From assembly GCA_013115145.1 (NCBI GenBank), contig JAAPAO010000166.1:1-59037 (forward strand): a DNA stretch of 59,037 nt. Direction: 5' to 3'. The notes beneath the pieces are model-generated. The model did not search any database. It was given only the letters and a program-made list of their open reading frames with translations, and was not told the origin of the DNA. The position numbers and the translations under genes are program-made. This document shows, one piece after another, positions 44,966-58,232 of the stretch (its first letter is position 1; each line of letters starts with the position of its first letter). The DNA comes from Perkinsus chesapeaki ATCC PRA-425. Lineage: Eukaryota; Protista; Perkinsozoa.

Positions 44966-46739
44966 TCTTTTAGGCGTATAACTGTGCATGGTATATTGTG
45001 TGCGTTACATTATTAATGTGTCATTATAATAATAAATATGGCATTAATGTTTCAATATAAACTTGGGGTACTTTGGTTATATAAAGTTCTATAATCATCA
45101 TCAACCGTATAATCAACCTCATTATACCATGATCGGTCCAGGGAGTAAGGACTTACATGAAATTAACAAATCTATGTTGGTATTTCAATATGGGCTTGTA
45201 AACATGAGCTTCGCGTACATCTTTCAACATTGTTTGAGTATCAGCTAATTCACGATTTTCGACTTATGGGCGATCTCTATTAAAAATGCGCTGAACCACC
45301 GTGCTTCGCTCCGCTCATCTTTTGTTGCGTGTTTGAATCTTTTATACAATGTGGTGCGGCGGCACTGAGTACTTACTCTCTTTCCTATAATCAATACCAC
45401 TAAAGGAGTGTTTGGCGAACGGGTTAGTGGGGTAACTTCGATTGATAAATAATTGAGAATATCCGGCCATATTGGGTAGATTTATAACTCCAAGTAGAAG
45501 AAGTCTGGTGTGACATGACAGTTTGTAACTTATCTCGACGTTTGCAGGTAATTGCTGCTGTTGTTCACATATGAGCCAGCAAGTCACCACCACCACCTCA
45601 TCATCATCAGCTGCTACTCGTGTTATACTGCAGCCAAATAGAGTAGCGCTTGGAGCCAGAGGGGAGGCAGCCAATAGAGTTGTCCGGTTAGTGGCAGCCG
45701 GTGGAGCACTTAAAAGAAGTGTCAGGCGGAAAAGGGAACCGTAGTTACTGGGACAGAGGGGAGGGGACTGTGGTGTACTATGAAATTATAAAAGGAAAAG
45801 TAGGTGAAAAAAATCGGCAAAATTCTGGGTTAGAATTCTGCTCTATGATAACCCTTTCGGGATGCTGATATGATGAAGACTTCATGGTATAAGGATGGTC
45901 GAAGTAGCGCCTACTTCACGGTGAACCTTGGAGGCCATTGGTCCTAGAAAAGGGTATCAATGCACGGATTTATGCACGTAAAAGCACGCGGTTAAGATGC
46001 GTATCAACCTCTCTGCGTAGTTGATACGGAGCTTGGATACGCGTATGGATTGTTGCGTATCCTTAATGCGCAGTTATGGCCAATGGATGTTGTTCTTGTG
46101 AAAACCCCGGTCCGTCTCTGTCTCACGAAAGAAGCAGCGCGGGGCATGTGATGAGTAAAGGATAAACCTCTCAGGGAGGCCATGCAGCGTGATCGTGCAC
46201 CGTCCGGGAATGCTCCTAAGAAAGTCCGTCAAGAGCTGACAGTTCCCAGACTCAATCGATCGAATTAGTACCCGAGCATCAGGGCCACATTGAATCTGAG
46301 ATTGAACAAGCTATTCATATTGGCTATTGGAAACCTTCATCTTATCAGCGAGATTGAGGAAGGGTGTGACAGTGATATATCATTTCTGTTCCGGGTCATG
46401 CTGAACTAAAGTTGGCAAAGCAGATCAGCTTCTTGATCTCACTGTGAGGATCAGAAAAGGCAAAGCTATTGAAATGCGCGAGATTCCTCAATACTTATAG
46501 TTTCTCAAATATTTATCTGGTACCTATGTTGTCATTAATCTCATTATGAAGAACTAGGTAGAATCATCTATCTGCAAAATATCAATAGTAAAATTAGACC
46601 TTCGCCCCCACCCGATTCGCTCACCTGATGAACGTTCTGAGTGTCGTTTTGGTGATTCGTTATCGACGAGGTTCTTGTTAGGTCCGTATCTTCAAGCTCA
46701 AGAGCTCCAACAACGTCACCAGTAACCGGTAGTAGTACT

Positions 46740-48066
46740 CGAGGCTTAAGCAAGCGCCAGAAGACCGTGGATCGTCATAGTGGGAAGAGTTCCTCTGTGC
46801 GTCGAAGTCCGTTGCGGAAGGGGGTGCGAGTATTGGAAGAGGAGGCCATGGGCGAGGCTGGTCTAGAAGCCCTGAGTAGTATTGGAGATGTTAATTCTGA
46901 GCGATCTCAGCCTTGTGAACCTCCGAGTTGAATGCTTAAATCGCTGAACTAATGCTGCCATATGGAGTTGGCGGAGCGTATATCTGTTGAACTTCTTCAT
47001 GGCATTCACGCGGTTTGATGAAAAGTTAAACTAGATTCTTAAGCCTCCTCATTCCTATTCAAATGACACTGTACGTATAGGTTACTGCCAGCTGATATTG
47101 AAGCACATGTGGACCTGAGAAATTTTCTAGACATTGGAGTGGGTATTCGGTTTGCTATAGGTGATGATGAAGTTGGCGCTGGTGAGTGGGCATCTGAACG
47201 CAGTTGGAGTCCAAGCAAGGTTGCCCAGAAGGTCAGACTCACGTGGTAGTGCTAGTTAACTACTTATCAATGGTCAGACATGCGAGGGACCACCGGTCGC
47301 TGCTGAGACATCGGATCCAGCTGGGTGGGTTGGTTTCTTGAACGCTTAGTGGTGAGTGTCCTGAAGGTCAATGAAGTCCGAGGAGGACCCTGAAGCAGCG
47401 CTGCCGACTGAAGCAGTATCCAAGGTCCATGACTATGTGTGGAAGCATTTCCAGGGCAATGGCGATGATGAAAGGCTGGAAATTATAGCGGAAGTTGGAC
47501 AAGTAATAACTGGTGTATTGTGGGGGGGGGTATTTTACAGCTTCTTGTGATTCGTAATTGACCCTAATCGTGACCCTACAACGATATGATCGTGATATCG
47601 TAACGTACACAACGTACGTTTGTACGATACGTAACAAGCGTCAACAAACAACGGTGACGATAAATTTGATAGCCATTATAGCATTAATCGTTTCTATTCC
47701 CTACTCGTAAGTTCTCTGGAGGATTTCACTCCGCTATAGAGGCCATGAGGCGGTCTGCATTATTTGGCAGCTTCATTTTCTACAGCGGGCTACCTAATCG
47801 GATGCTATCAAATTAGCAAGGCATTATGGTACAGTACCACTGAGGGCACAGCTAACTGCTGTGGGAATGCATGAGCACTTATTATCTCAGGTATTGCTAG
47901 AAGATTCAGCCAAGTATTGCGATAAGGTGAGTGTGTGGTTGTATTCTCATACCGCTCCTTCCGTAACGAAGTTTTAAATGTATGGTATGGCTATCCTCAG
48001 ACTTCCATGCTTGAGGAGTTGGCAGATTTGGAGCCGATTATCGGCGGACATGAAGCGGTCGATGAG
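46740..48066 (+). CDS. Fragments of a multi-exon hypothetical gene; boundaries approximate
   Basis: AG..GT-bounded open segments such as MKSEEDPEAALP...LEIIAEVGQ|gtaat, VLLEDSAKYCDK|gtgag and TSMLEELADLEPIIGGHEAVDE|gtaat. Confidence 0.3.
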
Positions 48067-48621
48067 TAATAAATCGGGGTCATTCTTCCGGCCAATCCAA
48101 ATCGCGATACCCTTCTTAGTGAATATGATGTAGAATTCTATAGGCAGCAGGGCGGCTAGTAGACTTCATTCTGAAAATATTTTAATCGAAAAGTTTCTGA
48201 TTTTGAAAGCAATCTTTTATTATGCATGACACACCTGCAGTCCTGCTCGGATTTACGTGACAACAACACTTTACACAGATTAGTGCACAGCTTTTCGCGG
48301 GCCATTCCGGAGGGATTGTGGTTGTGAGAATTTTGTTTCTGTCCACCGAGCATCTCTCTTCTTAAATCCATTTCAATATAACACCTCAAGTGTGCTTCTG
48401 CTTGTATATAGTGTATTGGCGCTCGGGTGTTGAGCTGTCTGGCAGTCTTTTTTCTGACCTTTGTGACAGTGTTCTTGGCGAAACTGCTCGGGGATAGGGC
48501 GATGCGAACATATACCTAAGTTCCGTGAACTTTGTTAGGAGGTATTCCAGCGCTGGTTAGTTTCAGATATTCAGCACATTCTCTTATTTACAACACTAGG
48601 AACAGTATTGACAGTTCTGAT

Positions 48622-48954
48622 TGTCAATGACACACGGTCATTGACACATGTCAATGAAATGAGTCAAGTCCATGCCAAACTAGTCATGCCACATGACTAG
48701 TTTTGCTCACTTCTATTTTGTTAGTGATATAAAATTTAGAGAGCGTCTCATCAGGTTTGTGAATTATCTCTTGTCTGTTCGTGAAGGAGTAAGTGATACG
48801 GCGGAGGGAGCAGTAAAGGGTAATAGGGAGGGTTGCAGAGGAGGAGTTGATATCAGCCTTGAATTGAGGCTATTAAGGCCTAATCTGATCCTTTAATCTA
48901 TTAAGGCCCTTAATAGACTTGAAGGGCTGTCGTTGGCTCCACGAGAGTCTCGTG
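48622..48954. other. Cluster of short perfect hairpins
   Basis: Stems at 48622-48646 (10 bp), 48639-48656 (8 bp), 48677-48703 (12 bp), 48897-48917 (10 bp) and 48940-48954 (7 bp). Confidence 0.8.
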
Positions 48955-48992
48955 AACTCGTAAGAAATGTGAGTCGCTGGAGAGCCACCGGG

Positions 48993-49048
48993 GCAAGGCT
49001 GAAACCTAAAGGAAGAATTTACTGAAGAAAACCATCTGGGGTGGGAGC
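48993..49048 (+). pseudogene. Decayed fragment of eukaryotic SSU (18S) rRNA
   Basis: GCAAGGCTGAAACCTAAAGGAA(GAA)TTTACTGAAGAAAACCATCTGGGGTGGGAGC versus conserved 18S GCAAGGCTGAAACTTAAAGGAATTGACGGAAGGGCACCACCAGGAGTGGAGC: 43/52 aligned identities with 2 gaps; the first 22 nt match 21/22. Confidence 0.65.
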
Positions 49049-50159
49049 GAACGCTTCGATTGTGTTTAAATTGAGAGTGAATAAGTTAGGTATAGAAATA
49101 TGTAAATAAGTATAGGTAGAGGGTTGTCGGAGGGTGGTTATTCAGGAAGTCGTGGAGATCGTAGCTTAGGAATGATCTAAAGTTATAGAATTTGTGAAAG
49201 TGACGAATTTTGGCAACGTATTTCTGTCTTATTGATAATAGTGTGAATGATGCATCCTCACAGCTCATCTAGCGTTACTATAGTCAAGAACATCACCTGG
49301 CGCTTTGACAGTTTGAAAAACTATATATTTTGTAGGTGACGATACGGCAGCATCAGCATCAGCAGCAGCGAGTAGAGTAGATTGCACTACCATTAAGGAG
49401 GGGAGTGATGCCAGGCCTTCTAGTGGAGGGTAATACTGTTGTTGAGGGAAATATCGGTATAGTGGCCATGTTACCCTCATCAATTGGCCTATAATATTGG
49501 CCACCAATATGACTACCGTTGGAAGGCTGAGCCGCCTTCAGAAGTGATTTCTGAGCTCGTATTGCTTTTTGCTTTGTGCGTTCGACTGTCTCTCAGTTAT
49601 GTTGTGATGTATACTTATTTGTATATACAATATGCAACATATCTGTAGCAACTCGTTGTAGCCTCGTTTTTGCAATATTTTGGGACAACTAAGTCGGGGA
49701 TCAGCTTCATTAATATTGATTATATTGAATCGCTATTTGGATGTAGTTGACTATGATTCACTACTTACTACTAACTGTTATTAGTTTACTATCCAACATT
49801 CTTATTCATCTTTGAAATCACTAGTGTAGATGAGAGTATGTCGCCCAGTGTTCATCGGAATATGTTTGCTCGTAGCTGACTATTTAATTTGTCATTCTGG
49901 TACAGCAACTCTACAGCGTTCTATCTGTGGGCTCGACAGTATCGGTAGTGATAATTCCTTCTGATGGCTAAGGTTGAATTTTTTGATTTCTTTTTGGCAG
50001 ATCCCAAGGGAAGGTCAATCTGGTGCCAAGGCGTGGACAGGATTGGGTAAGCTTAATTAGGGCATATAAGGGATGTATTAGTGCTGCCATTCACATCCCT
50101 TCAACTGTAGCATTTTTCCATGTGAATCGCAACGGCGGTTACGTATTGTAGAAAAGTGC

Positions 50160-51150
50160 CCCTAGTAGTGGTTCGGGCCCCCATGTACCACTCACAGCAC
50201 ACGTGGTCAAGAAACCAAAATCCAGTAGGCCGAGCAGCGAGATCTTTCTCTGGCATATTCCTGACAAACAGTCCTGGGCAGAACCCTGGTCTGGTTTGAG
50301 TATAGTATTTGTATTGTCTGTATAGCTACTAGTAGTAGAGATTAGACTCTCTAGCACCATCCTGAGTGTTCGTAACGGTATGTGGAGAATAGCCGTATAA
50401 ATATCGGAGCAAGGCGTCCTCCACATCTGGCCTTCGCGAGCCTATTAGGTACTTTTCGCGCACTCTTGTCGATCAGGTCCCTCGTCAATCAGCGCCCGCT
50501 GGCCAGCAGTTTTCTGGTAATTAGAATGCTCTTTAATTTCGTGGCGCAGTGACGGTTTATTTTTCGGTTTAGGTAGCACAGCGTGGAGTTCTACGGCGAG
50601 CTACGGTGGACAGCCTGGAGCCCCGGTACCTCCACCTCCACCTCCCCCACCACCGCCACCGCCGCCGCCGCCTTATGAAGGGGTAAGATGGGACTTTTTG
50701 TCTTTTTTCATCTGTTTTATTTTTTCCCAGCTTTTTTCTGCTTTCACCTGACTTGTCGTTCTCTTATTGTTTTCCCTGTTTTTGTTCTGCTTTCTAACTT
50801 CCATGTTTGTATCTTTCAGGTGCGTCGGCAAGGCTGGGGCAGCACTGCACGAGGGTAAGCTAAAACGGTCGTTGTGGTGATAGGAGTCTTTTGGAAGGCC
50901 TTCCGCTCCCTCGACAAGTCGGTCCGGGTTGACAGGCAATCTCACATACAATCCATCGGGCTCGATGACTGTGGTGAGTTGGGCGATGCGGTGAATGGTG
51001 GAGTTGAATGGGTTTAGGTTGAGAAAGAGAAGAAAATGGAGCTGGAAAAGAAACGAGTGTTGTTGCAGTGCACGGAGAGCATTAGGAAACTTTTATCGAA
51101 GATGAATGAGCCTTGTGTGACGGAGAAACAAAAAACGGTATGTCCGGCGG
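50160..51150 (+). CDS. Multi-exon proline-rich hypothetical protein (core exons only; gene probably spans ~49800-52000)
   Basis: Exon GSTAWSSTASYGGQPGAPVPPPPPPPPPPPPPPYEG|gtaag (50573-50682) plus neighbouring AG..GT open segments. Confidence 0.4.
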
Positions 51151-52962
51151 TTTAAGCAATTGTTACTACCGATACTTTGAACTTGATTACATATACTGTC
51201 ATATATGATTTATTATATATTGATCTACTGTTATGTTATCTTATTTTTCATTATTATAACATATTGAGTGATTCCCCGTGGTGCTTAGGGCGCCGCTTGG
51301 CAGCAGTACTATAAGTATGACATCTGGGAGTCTTTACTATATACTCATTATTACTGTTTTCCTCGCGTGCGAGAGTTAACGGAAAATTTGGGAAATCAGT
51401 TGTTAGAAACTAATCGGTTAAGGAGTATTTCAATCACCTTAAATTCAAAGCAATTGTCTTCAACTTTAGAGATTCTCGTCCTGTTGGAAAAAATATTTTA
51501 CCACCCGATTGCCTCTCATATTGAACTTTACTTACTACTGTTGTATAACGATGCGTTGTTAACGCATATTCATTTACTGTTTCAGAAGTATAAGATGATG
51601 ATAAAGCGAATTAAGGAAACTATGGGAAGTCTTGACGCTTCTCATCACCCCAGTCACCACGTTACCAACAAGTAGGCCCTCATCCAGCTAAGTTCGAACA
51701 TCAGTGGTGAGCAGGTCTACCGCACCGCCCGCTGTTGCTCAAGTAAAGACAACGGAAGCCACTGACAGAAAAGTAAGCAAACGTGGGCGATCGAAGGAAG
51801 TGAACTCTCAAGGCAGGAGAAGATTGTCCAATAGTTTTGTCGAACTGTTTATCGGTTGTGTGGTGCGAGCTCCCAGTGCCTTCCGCAGCAGAATTTTGCA
51901 GAATATTGTGTGTTTTGTGACGTGGCATATAAGTGCGCCACACAGTACCGATGAAGCTTCCTAAACTGAGCTCTAGTATTCCACGGTAGACTTGCTGAAT
52001 CAACAATTTCCGAGCTCAGCAATGCTTATATATGAAAATATTTTCAAGAAAATGTTCCCTCCGTCGCTTTGATAAAGCAGTGGTGTGTAAATTTACAGTG
52101 ATGGCTGAGGAATCGGGAAGCAGTTCTCATCAATCAAATCCGAGCTCCTAAGCACCTTGAATTTGAGTGAATTCGTCATTTTTGTCTTATATCCTAGGGG
52201 GCAGTAGTTCGGGGCATTGATTCAGTGCCCAGCGAACATGGGTCAGTGTAAACAGCTTTACCCACTTCCCAGGTCCTCCTACCGCCCCAGTTGCTTCAAA
52301 GCCATAACTTACTCCCGGCCACAAATGGAGCAGACCAGGTAAGGAAATTCCGCAACTGAAGATCATACGGTTTAATCTCAGCCTGCCTCCGTAACACCAA
52401 CGGCGGCAGCAAAGTAGACCTCGTTGCCACTCTACTGTATTCCTGACTCTCTTTATGTAAGTCTTGGCTTTGCGATGATGACGCCCCTGACATCGTCTTT
52501 GCTGTATAGGCCGTCGATCACTTCACAACGGCATTACCTTGTATGTATCTATAACTTTACCACAAGTGACAAATTCGCTATCAACGGAACTTCCTCACCA
52601 TCTTCACTCATGATGATGTTGTGCTTGTCAGAGCACGCACAGTGTAGATTATCATTACGTTGTATAATTGCGTAGCTCACCACCCACTGTCCCATTTTGG
52701 TATATCTTTCGAGGTGGCTGGGCCACCGTTAGCCACCGCCGACGTTCTATTCCTCTTTATTCGAGTGTGCTGAGTCTTGCGTTGAATACTGGCCGATAAG
52801 GTAGCGAAGGGGCATCCCCTACAACATATACCAGTAGAGATAATATGAAAATTGCCATGAAAACTGTCTGTCACCGATGTGCTTGACATTAACCAAGTTC
52901 AAGCCGAAGACTAAATGCTTGTTAAAAAAAGATAAACGTGTAGTTTAAATACTCTGTCGAAA

Positions 52963-53979
52963 ATGCCTTTGGTACGGGAGGACGAACGTGTCACTGAGGT
53001 CTTCGAGGAAGACGATCCACGAGAGCCATCTCGAGATGAGCCGGCGGGGCACCATCCCGTCACTGCCGGTTCGGAAGCCCTATCGGCAGAGCCAGCCGAG
53101 GAGGATTCCGAGGCAGGTAGAAAATTGGCTGCTTGCACACCCATCTGCTGCCGTACTGGCAGGAATAACACTGGTGCTCTCAGAGTCTTCCGACAATGAG
53201 TCTGACCAGGGGCCGAAGTCGCTAGAGGATGCTGAGAGACTGAAGGAAGAGGGTAACGAACATTACAAGGCAAAGAGGATTGAGTTGGCAATGAACCGAT
53301 ACACTCTGGTAGGTTACCGCATGCCTTGGACTTCCTTATGTCTTCTGAGCTTCAGGCTTACTCGACTTGTCCTCGAGAGGAGAAGGTGTTCCGTTCACAG
53401 TGCTTGGCAAATCGGTAAAGACAAATATATGACCATTTATAAATGTCTATTTCAGAGCAGCTTGCCATTACTATTTTTCCGAGTGGGATGATGTCGTTGA
53501 GGATTGCACAAAAGCTCTTAAACTCAATCGGTCGTATTTGAAGGTTCTGCTCAGGAGAGCCAGCGCGTGAGTGAATGACCCTCTGATTTGTTAACGTGCA
53601 GTGAATTTGTATAGATACGAGGAACTGAAGAAGTACGGGCAATGCAAGGAGGATTTAGACGAAGTGCAAAAGCTCGATCCGTCTTGGATTGGAAAACCTG
53701 CTAATAGGGCGCGGTATGACAAGATAGCAAAAGCAGGTGAGCAATACGGTAAGGAAATAATGAGACGTTTGTATCCAGCGGAAGAACAATTCGAGCGAGA
53801 GAAGGCTGAGATGATGGACAAACTGAAAGACCTCGGAAACACAGTAGCCGAGCGACATGCCCCAAATAGCCCACTTCATCCTTCCGCAGGTTCTGGGAAA
53901 GTTCGGCCTCTCAACTGACAACTTCAAATGTGTTAAGGATCCAACGACAGGGAGTTACAGTATAAGTTTTCAACAGTGA
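52963..53979 (+). CDS. TTC1: Tetratricopeptide repeat protein 1 homolog, multi-exon
   Basis: Acidic N-terminus, TPRs (AERLKEEGNEHYK, CLANR, DCTKALKLNRSYLKVLLRRA, YEELKKY...DL..V.KLDP) and the TTC1-diagnostic tail [41 protein letters not shown]. Confidence 0.92.
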
Positions 53980-56705
53980 ATTCAATTTAGTCATGAGTTG
54001 TGTTTTCGTTAATTATAGGCTTGTTTAAAATTAACACACATCGTCAGGCGCCGGTGAGCCTTGAAGGTTGAGGTTGCTGCAACTGCGTCGCGTAGTCCCT
54101 CACAGTACTAATTGAGCAGTACTCTTGATAAGTAGAATTAGTTGGATTGCTGGAAGTGGATTATACAATGTATAGTGCATTACGGTCGCCGTGATCCAGG
54201 AAGTGCACACACGCGAACGAATCGGCAAGCCAATCTCTCTTGCACAAAAGCTTTAGCAAGTGGCACGTACTTCGAATGGCACCTAAATGGTTAGTCGAAG
54301 CAAGTTATTACTGATTTAGTGGACCTGGAATACCGTACTTGGTATTTGTCGAAACCTTTGAGCTCCGGCCTGAACCCATCACTGATCAGAAGGGCGAAAG
54401 TGCTGACCAAGTGTTGCAATTTAGTACTAGCCTGAAAGCAACTCACCAGGGTTAGCGTCAAAGGACTCCACCCTTGTAGTGGGTGCTTGGTGGAAAAAGA
54501 CTTAACGGTGGAGGGATTCATACTAGCTTAGTTGTAAGGGGACCAGTCTGCAGAGTTGCCCGAGTTGTCTTCCCAAGTCGTAAATCATACGCGGCATTCC
54601 ACGGACAACTTCACGGTTGCCCCTGTCACCGCTAGTGGCACTGGCTGAGTAAAATTTTCGTAGTCTGAGAGCACAACTTTACGCTGCCAAGTGCTTTACC
54701 AAGAGAGGAGTTCAATATTTATTCACTCAGTGAACTTCACTGCAATACAATAACTAGTAGTTATTGACTGAGTGTGCGGCGTAAATATGGATATCTTAGC
54801 CTAAGTGTCTGAGGCAACCGGGGCTGGTGGTCACCCAAGGTGACGCACCCCCCGCACGGGTAGGCAGCCTACCTGGGCAAAAGCTTTAGCGATCAGTCTT
54901 TTTACAAGCGCTTAGTCACTCTATGATAGAAGCATCTTCGCCGTCTAAAGAATGTATGAGGAGGCGACTTGTCTTGGAACGTCACCGACTGTTGGAAGCG
55001 AGGCACTCAGAATCACCATTGCCATTCCCATGGGGACGAGAGGAGCTTAGATTTGCGTATGCCGGACACAGAGATCCCCCCTAGCCGATTTTTTCTGGTA
55101 GGCCTAGCAGACCAAGTGTATTTTACCAAGGGCCTCGTTTGCTGAGTGTCTATCCGGATGGAAGTTTCAAGCTTCATGGTGAGTGAGCCTAACAGACTTA
55201 CTCTTAGTGAAGGACTACAGTGGATTTACAGGTGCGGGTGGCCTCGTGTATGAAGGCAGCGCGGTGCTAAAGAGTAAAGGTCATTGCATTGTTAGCAGTG
55301 AGTAAGCTCTACTGGTCAGATATTGGGCTTATGCAGCTTAAACTGCAAACTACCATCCTACACAAAGACAGCAAGTTGTTAGCAGAGATGAGCCAGGACG
55401 AGACAACGTTTACACTGTGGGTTGCTGTTGTTGTGATCTCATATCAAGGGATTCATCCTCACTTCATTTGGAGCTGATGCCCTTGCAGGTCGTGGTTCCC
55501 TCGTCACAATCCATCCTCTGTTATATTACAGCATGCGAATGGCGAGATAGACGTCCTGGAGAAAGTCACCAATCAAAACGAGCTGGCCTTCCTGAAATGT
55601 AGGAGCGGCAAGTTCTACAGGAGTCTTCATTATCACTGTATTTAGCCACGAGGCAACTGTCGATCAGCGACCGCCCTACGCAAGGCATAGTCTTGCTCCG
55701 AACGAGGCAGTAGTAGTTAAAAGAGAAGAAGAAAGACGCACATGATGTCTACATGATGTCAACTCCCCTTATCCAAGCCAATGATGTGTTTCGTTTTTCG
55801 AATGCACTGTGGCGCCTTACTAAGAGAGAAATGGAATGAACACGAAAAATGTTATCCCAAAAGAACCTGCGAGGGAGGATGCAAAAGCCGTGGCTACTTG
55901 GCCTTATTGGCGATGCGCTGTAGCAGGCGTTTTGAGTCAATCCCATTTCCGTTACGTTTTCACGTCGACCATTTTTCCAGAGCCAGGGTTCAGGCTGAGG
56001 CTAAGTTGTCATCTAAGAACTTGTCTAGCTCGCCTAAGCATCTGGATCTGCTCGTTTCTTAGAATTCTTAGAGTAACTCAACACTGTTTTTTCAAGTGGG
56101 AATGACGATAACAATAGATGAGAGTTCACGTTCACCAAGCTGATCTAGGTACTTGCCTCCTTTTCAGCGACAATGGGAAGTGCAAGGAAGACTCCCTTAG
56201 GAAGTTCAAGTTACAAGATGCGCACAGCAATACTCAACTTATCTGATAACATATTAACGATCTTACGACTACAACAAGAACGACGACCAACTTACTTAGT
56301 CTCTACAATAAGCTCATTCATTGAAGAAAAGTCTTTGAGAATACACCTGACAGGCTAATCCGAGCCAACTCTTAAGTTCGCTACCAGAATTGGAAGTAGG
56401 TAAAAGTAAACAAGTTGTAATATACTCACCGTGAATATATTGAGTACCGTGACTCACGGTCCGTGAGCAACCCACACGTGTGTGTTACAGTTACACACGG
56501 TGAGCACAGAAAGATCGAGTGGAGGTAACACCGAGAAAGACAACTTTAATCTAACCACCCCAAAGGTATAGTCAAAAATTACACATCTCGAAATATGGAC
56601 TCTGTTCACATGGTTTATAAGGAGCAGTCGGAGTGATATTGATAACAGAATACAAATAGTACTGGGTTACAATCCTTATGACAGACTCCACCATGATACA
56701 GCAAA

Positions 56706-57140
56706 TCACCTACTTGGGTTCACTTGAGAAAAGCACTTGAAGCAATCGCCAAATCTCATAGTCACGTTTATATTGAAGAGTGTTGTAGTGACTCTGTTAG
56801 TGTGTTCGTCGTAAGTGAAGTTGAACATGCCATTCTGAGGGTTCACTTTGCAATGGCTGGTGGTGACGTCCATAAAGCGCGCGTGGAGCGTCTCACTGAC
56901 GGGGGCAACAGTATATGGGTTGGTCCCGTTCACATACAGCTTTTCTGACGCATAACCTTGCATTTGACCAAACCAATTTTCGCACCGAACGAACTCCTGT
57001 ATCTCACGAGGTTCGCCATGATACCATGCCACTTCAAAGCATACCTCGCCAATATGCGCAACATATAAACCGCGCAGAAGGGCTTGCAAACACCAACTAT
57101 TGATCGAGAAGAGGAGGAGGGCTAGTAGGATAATGGTCAT
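56706..57140 (-). CDS. Small secreted hypothetical protein, intronless
   Basis: Signal MTIILLALLLFSINS followed by RGLYV..C..........C...C...C, similar in style to 3080-3568. Confidence 0.7.
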   Translation of the reverse strand: MTIILLALLLFSINSWCLQALLRGLYVAHIGEVCFEVAWYHGEPREIQEFVRCENWFGQMQGYASEKLYVNGTNPYTVAPVSETLHARFMDVTTSHCKVNPQNGMFNFTYDEHTNRVTTTLFNINVTMRFGDCFKCFSQVNPSR

Positions 57141-58232
57141 ATAAAGTGCCACAACTTTCCAGCTGAACAATGACGAAGACTGGGCGGTACCAAAGGCGGC
57201 GATTTCATGTGGCTTCAGCTTTGGGAGCGCTCATATGGGAGGGCTACCCCTCGAGAGGATTCTATGCACCAACGCGACCCTTCAGCCCTCTTTTACTTGT
57301 GCGTCCCTCTAGCCTACTATAAGAGAAAGACCAGTAGGGGCCGAGCAGACACAAGGTGAAATTTGATATGCGTAATAATTAGTGGCCATTTTGGTCCTCA
57401 TTTCTCCTTAAGCTGTCCCCGTAGGGTGTCCCCATACTTCATGCAATTGCAGGAGCTTCTCAGTCGGCACGCATGCCCATGTCAACTAGTTAACATGTTT
57501 TGTTATTGGTTAACATATTATATAATATAACAGGGTTTCAGCTGGGCGTATCTGACGCCAGTCGCGTGTTGTGGGTGCATGCAACACACGTGTGTAATAC
57601 ACACGGTGTAGCGCCGACCGAGAGGAAGTAATGCTCTAGGCGTATATATCGCAGTTCCCGACTGGACCCCTGATTATATTAAAGGGGCCGGCCTGCGGGG
57701 CGTATTTCTTGAATTCTCGGTCTCTTGATTCGTGGGGCTTGAAGTAGGCTTTCTCTGAGTTTCGAGTATCCAAATGCATCCTAGATGTGATGGACAGAGT
57801 TACCAATCAGTGATTAGCGAACACAGTGCCTTAGCTTTCATTTAATGTAACCACTAATTCTCCGTTTAAAGGTCAGTGTATCCAGACATGTGAAAACTAT
57901 CTATAGAGACCGACTTCAGCAAGCGATATTTTTTTCCGGGGAGCTCATCGAGCGAGTTGTGTGTTCCGTTGACTGAGTCCTTCAATATTAAGATGAATAT
58001 CATCATCTCGAACGAATCTGAGTCTCCCGAACCACCATGGTCGCTGCCAGCCTTAAGTCATCACAGACGTGTGATAGCTCAGCAGTGTGCTGGCTGAGAC
58101 ACGGTGACAATATCTAAAGCATAATTGTCACGGTCAAGGAAAAACATACTGTGCACCATGAAACCCCAGATGCTATAAAAATCTGGTTGCTGTGTTTCGG
58201 AGGTTAACAACGCTTACGGGGCTCAACGATTC

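Noticed and set aside
46146-46240. Possible C/D box snoRNA (GTGATGA ... CTGA)
   Set aside because: No terminal stem and no recognisable rRNA antisense element. The interval also reads as an open frame.
46255-46500. LVPEHQGHIESEIEQAIHIGYWKPSS resembling the start of a retroelement RT
   Set aside because: No downstream RT motifs (LDL/YxDD) found in any frame and multiple stops; too short to call.
54300-56100. Scattered plus-strand AG..GT open segments
   Set aside because: Probably a multi-exon gene, but the model and product cannot be supported by eye.
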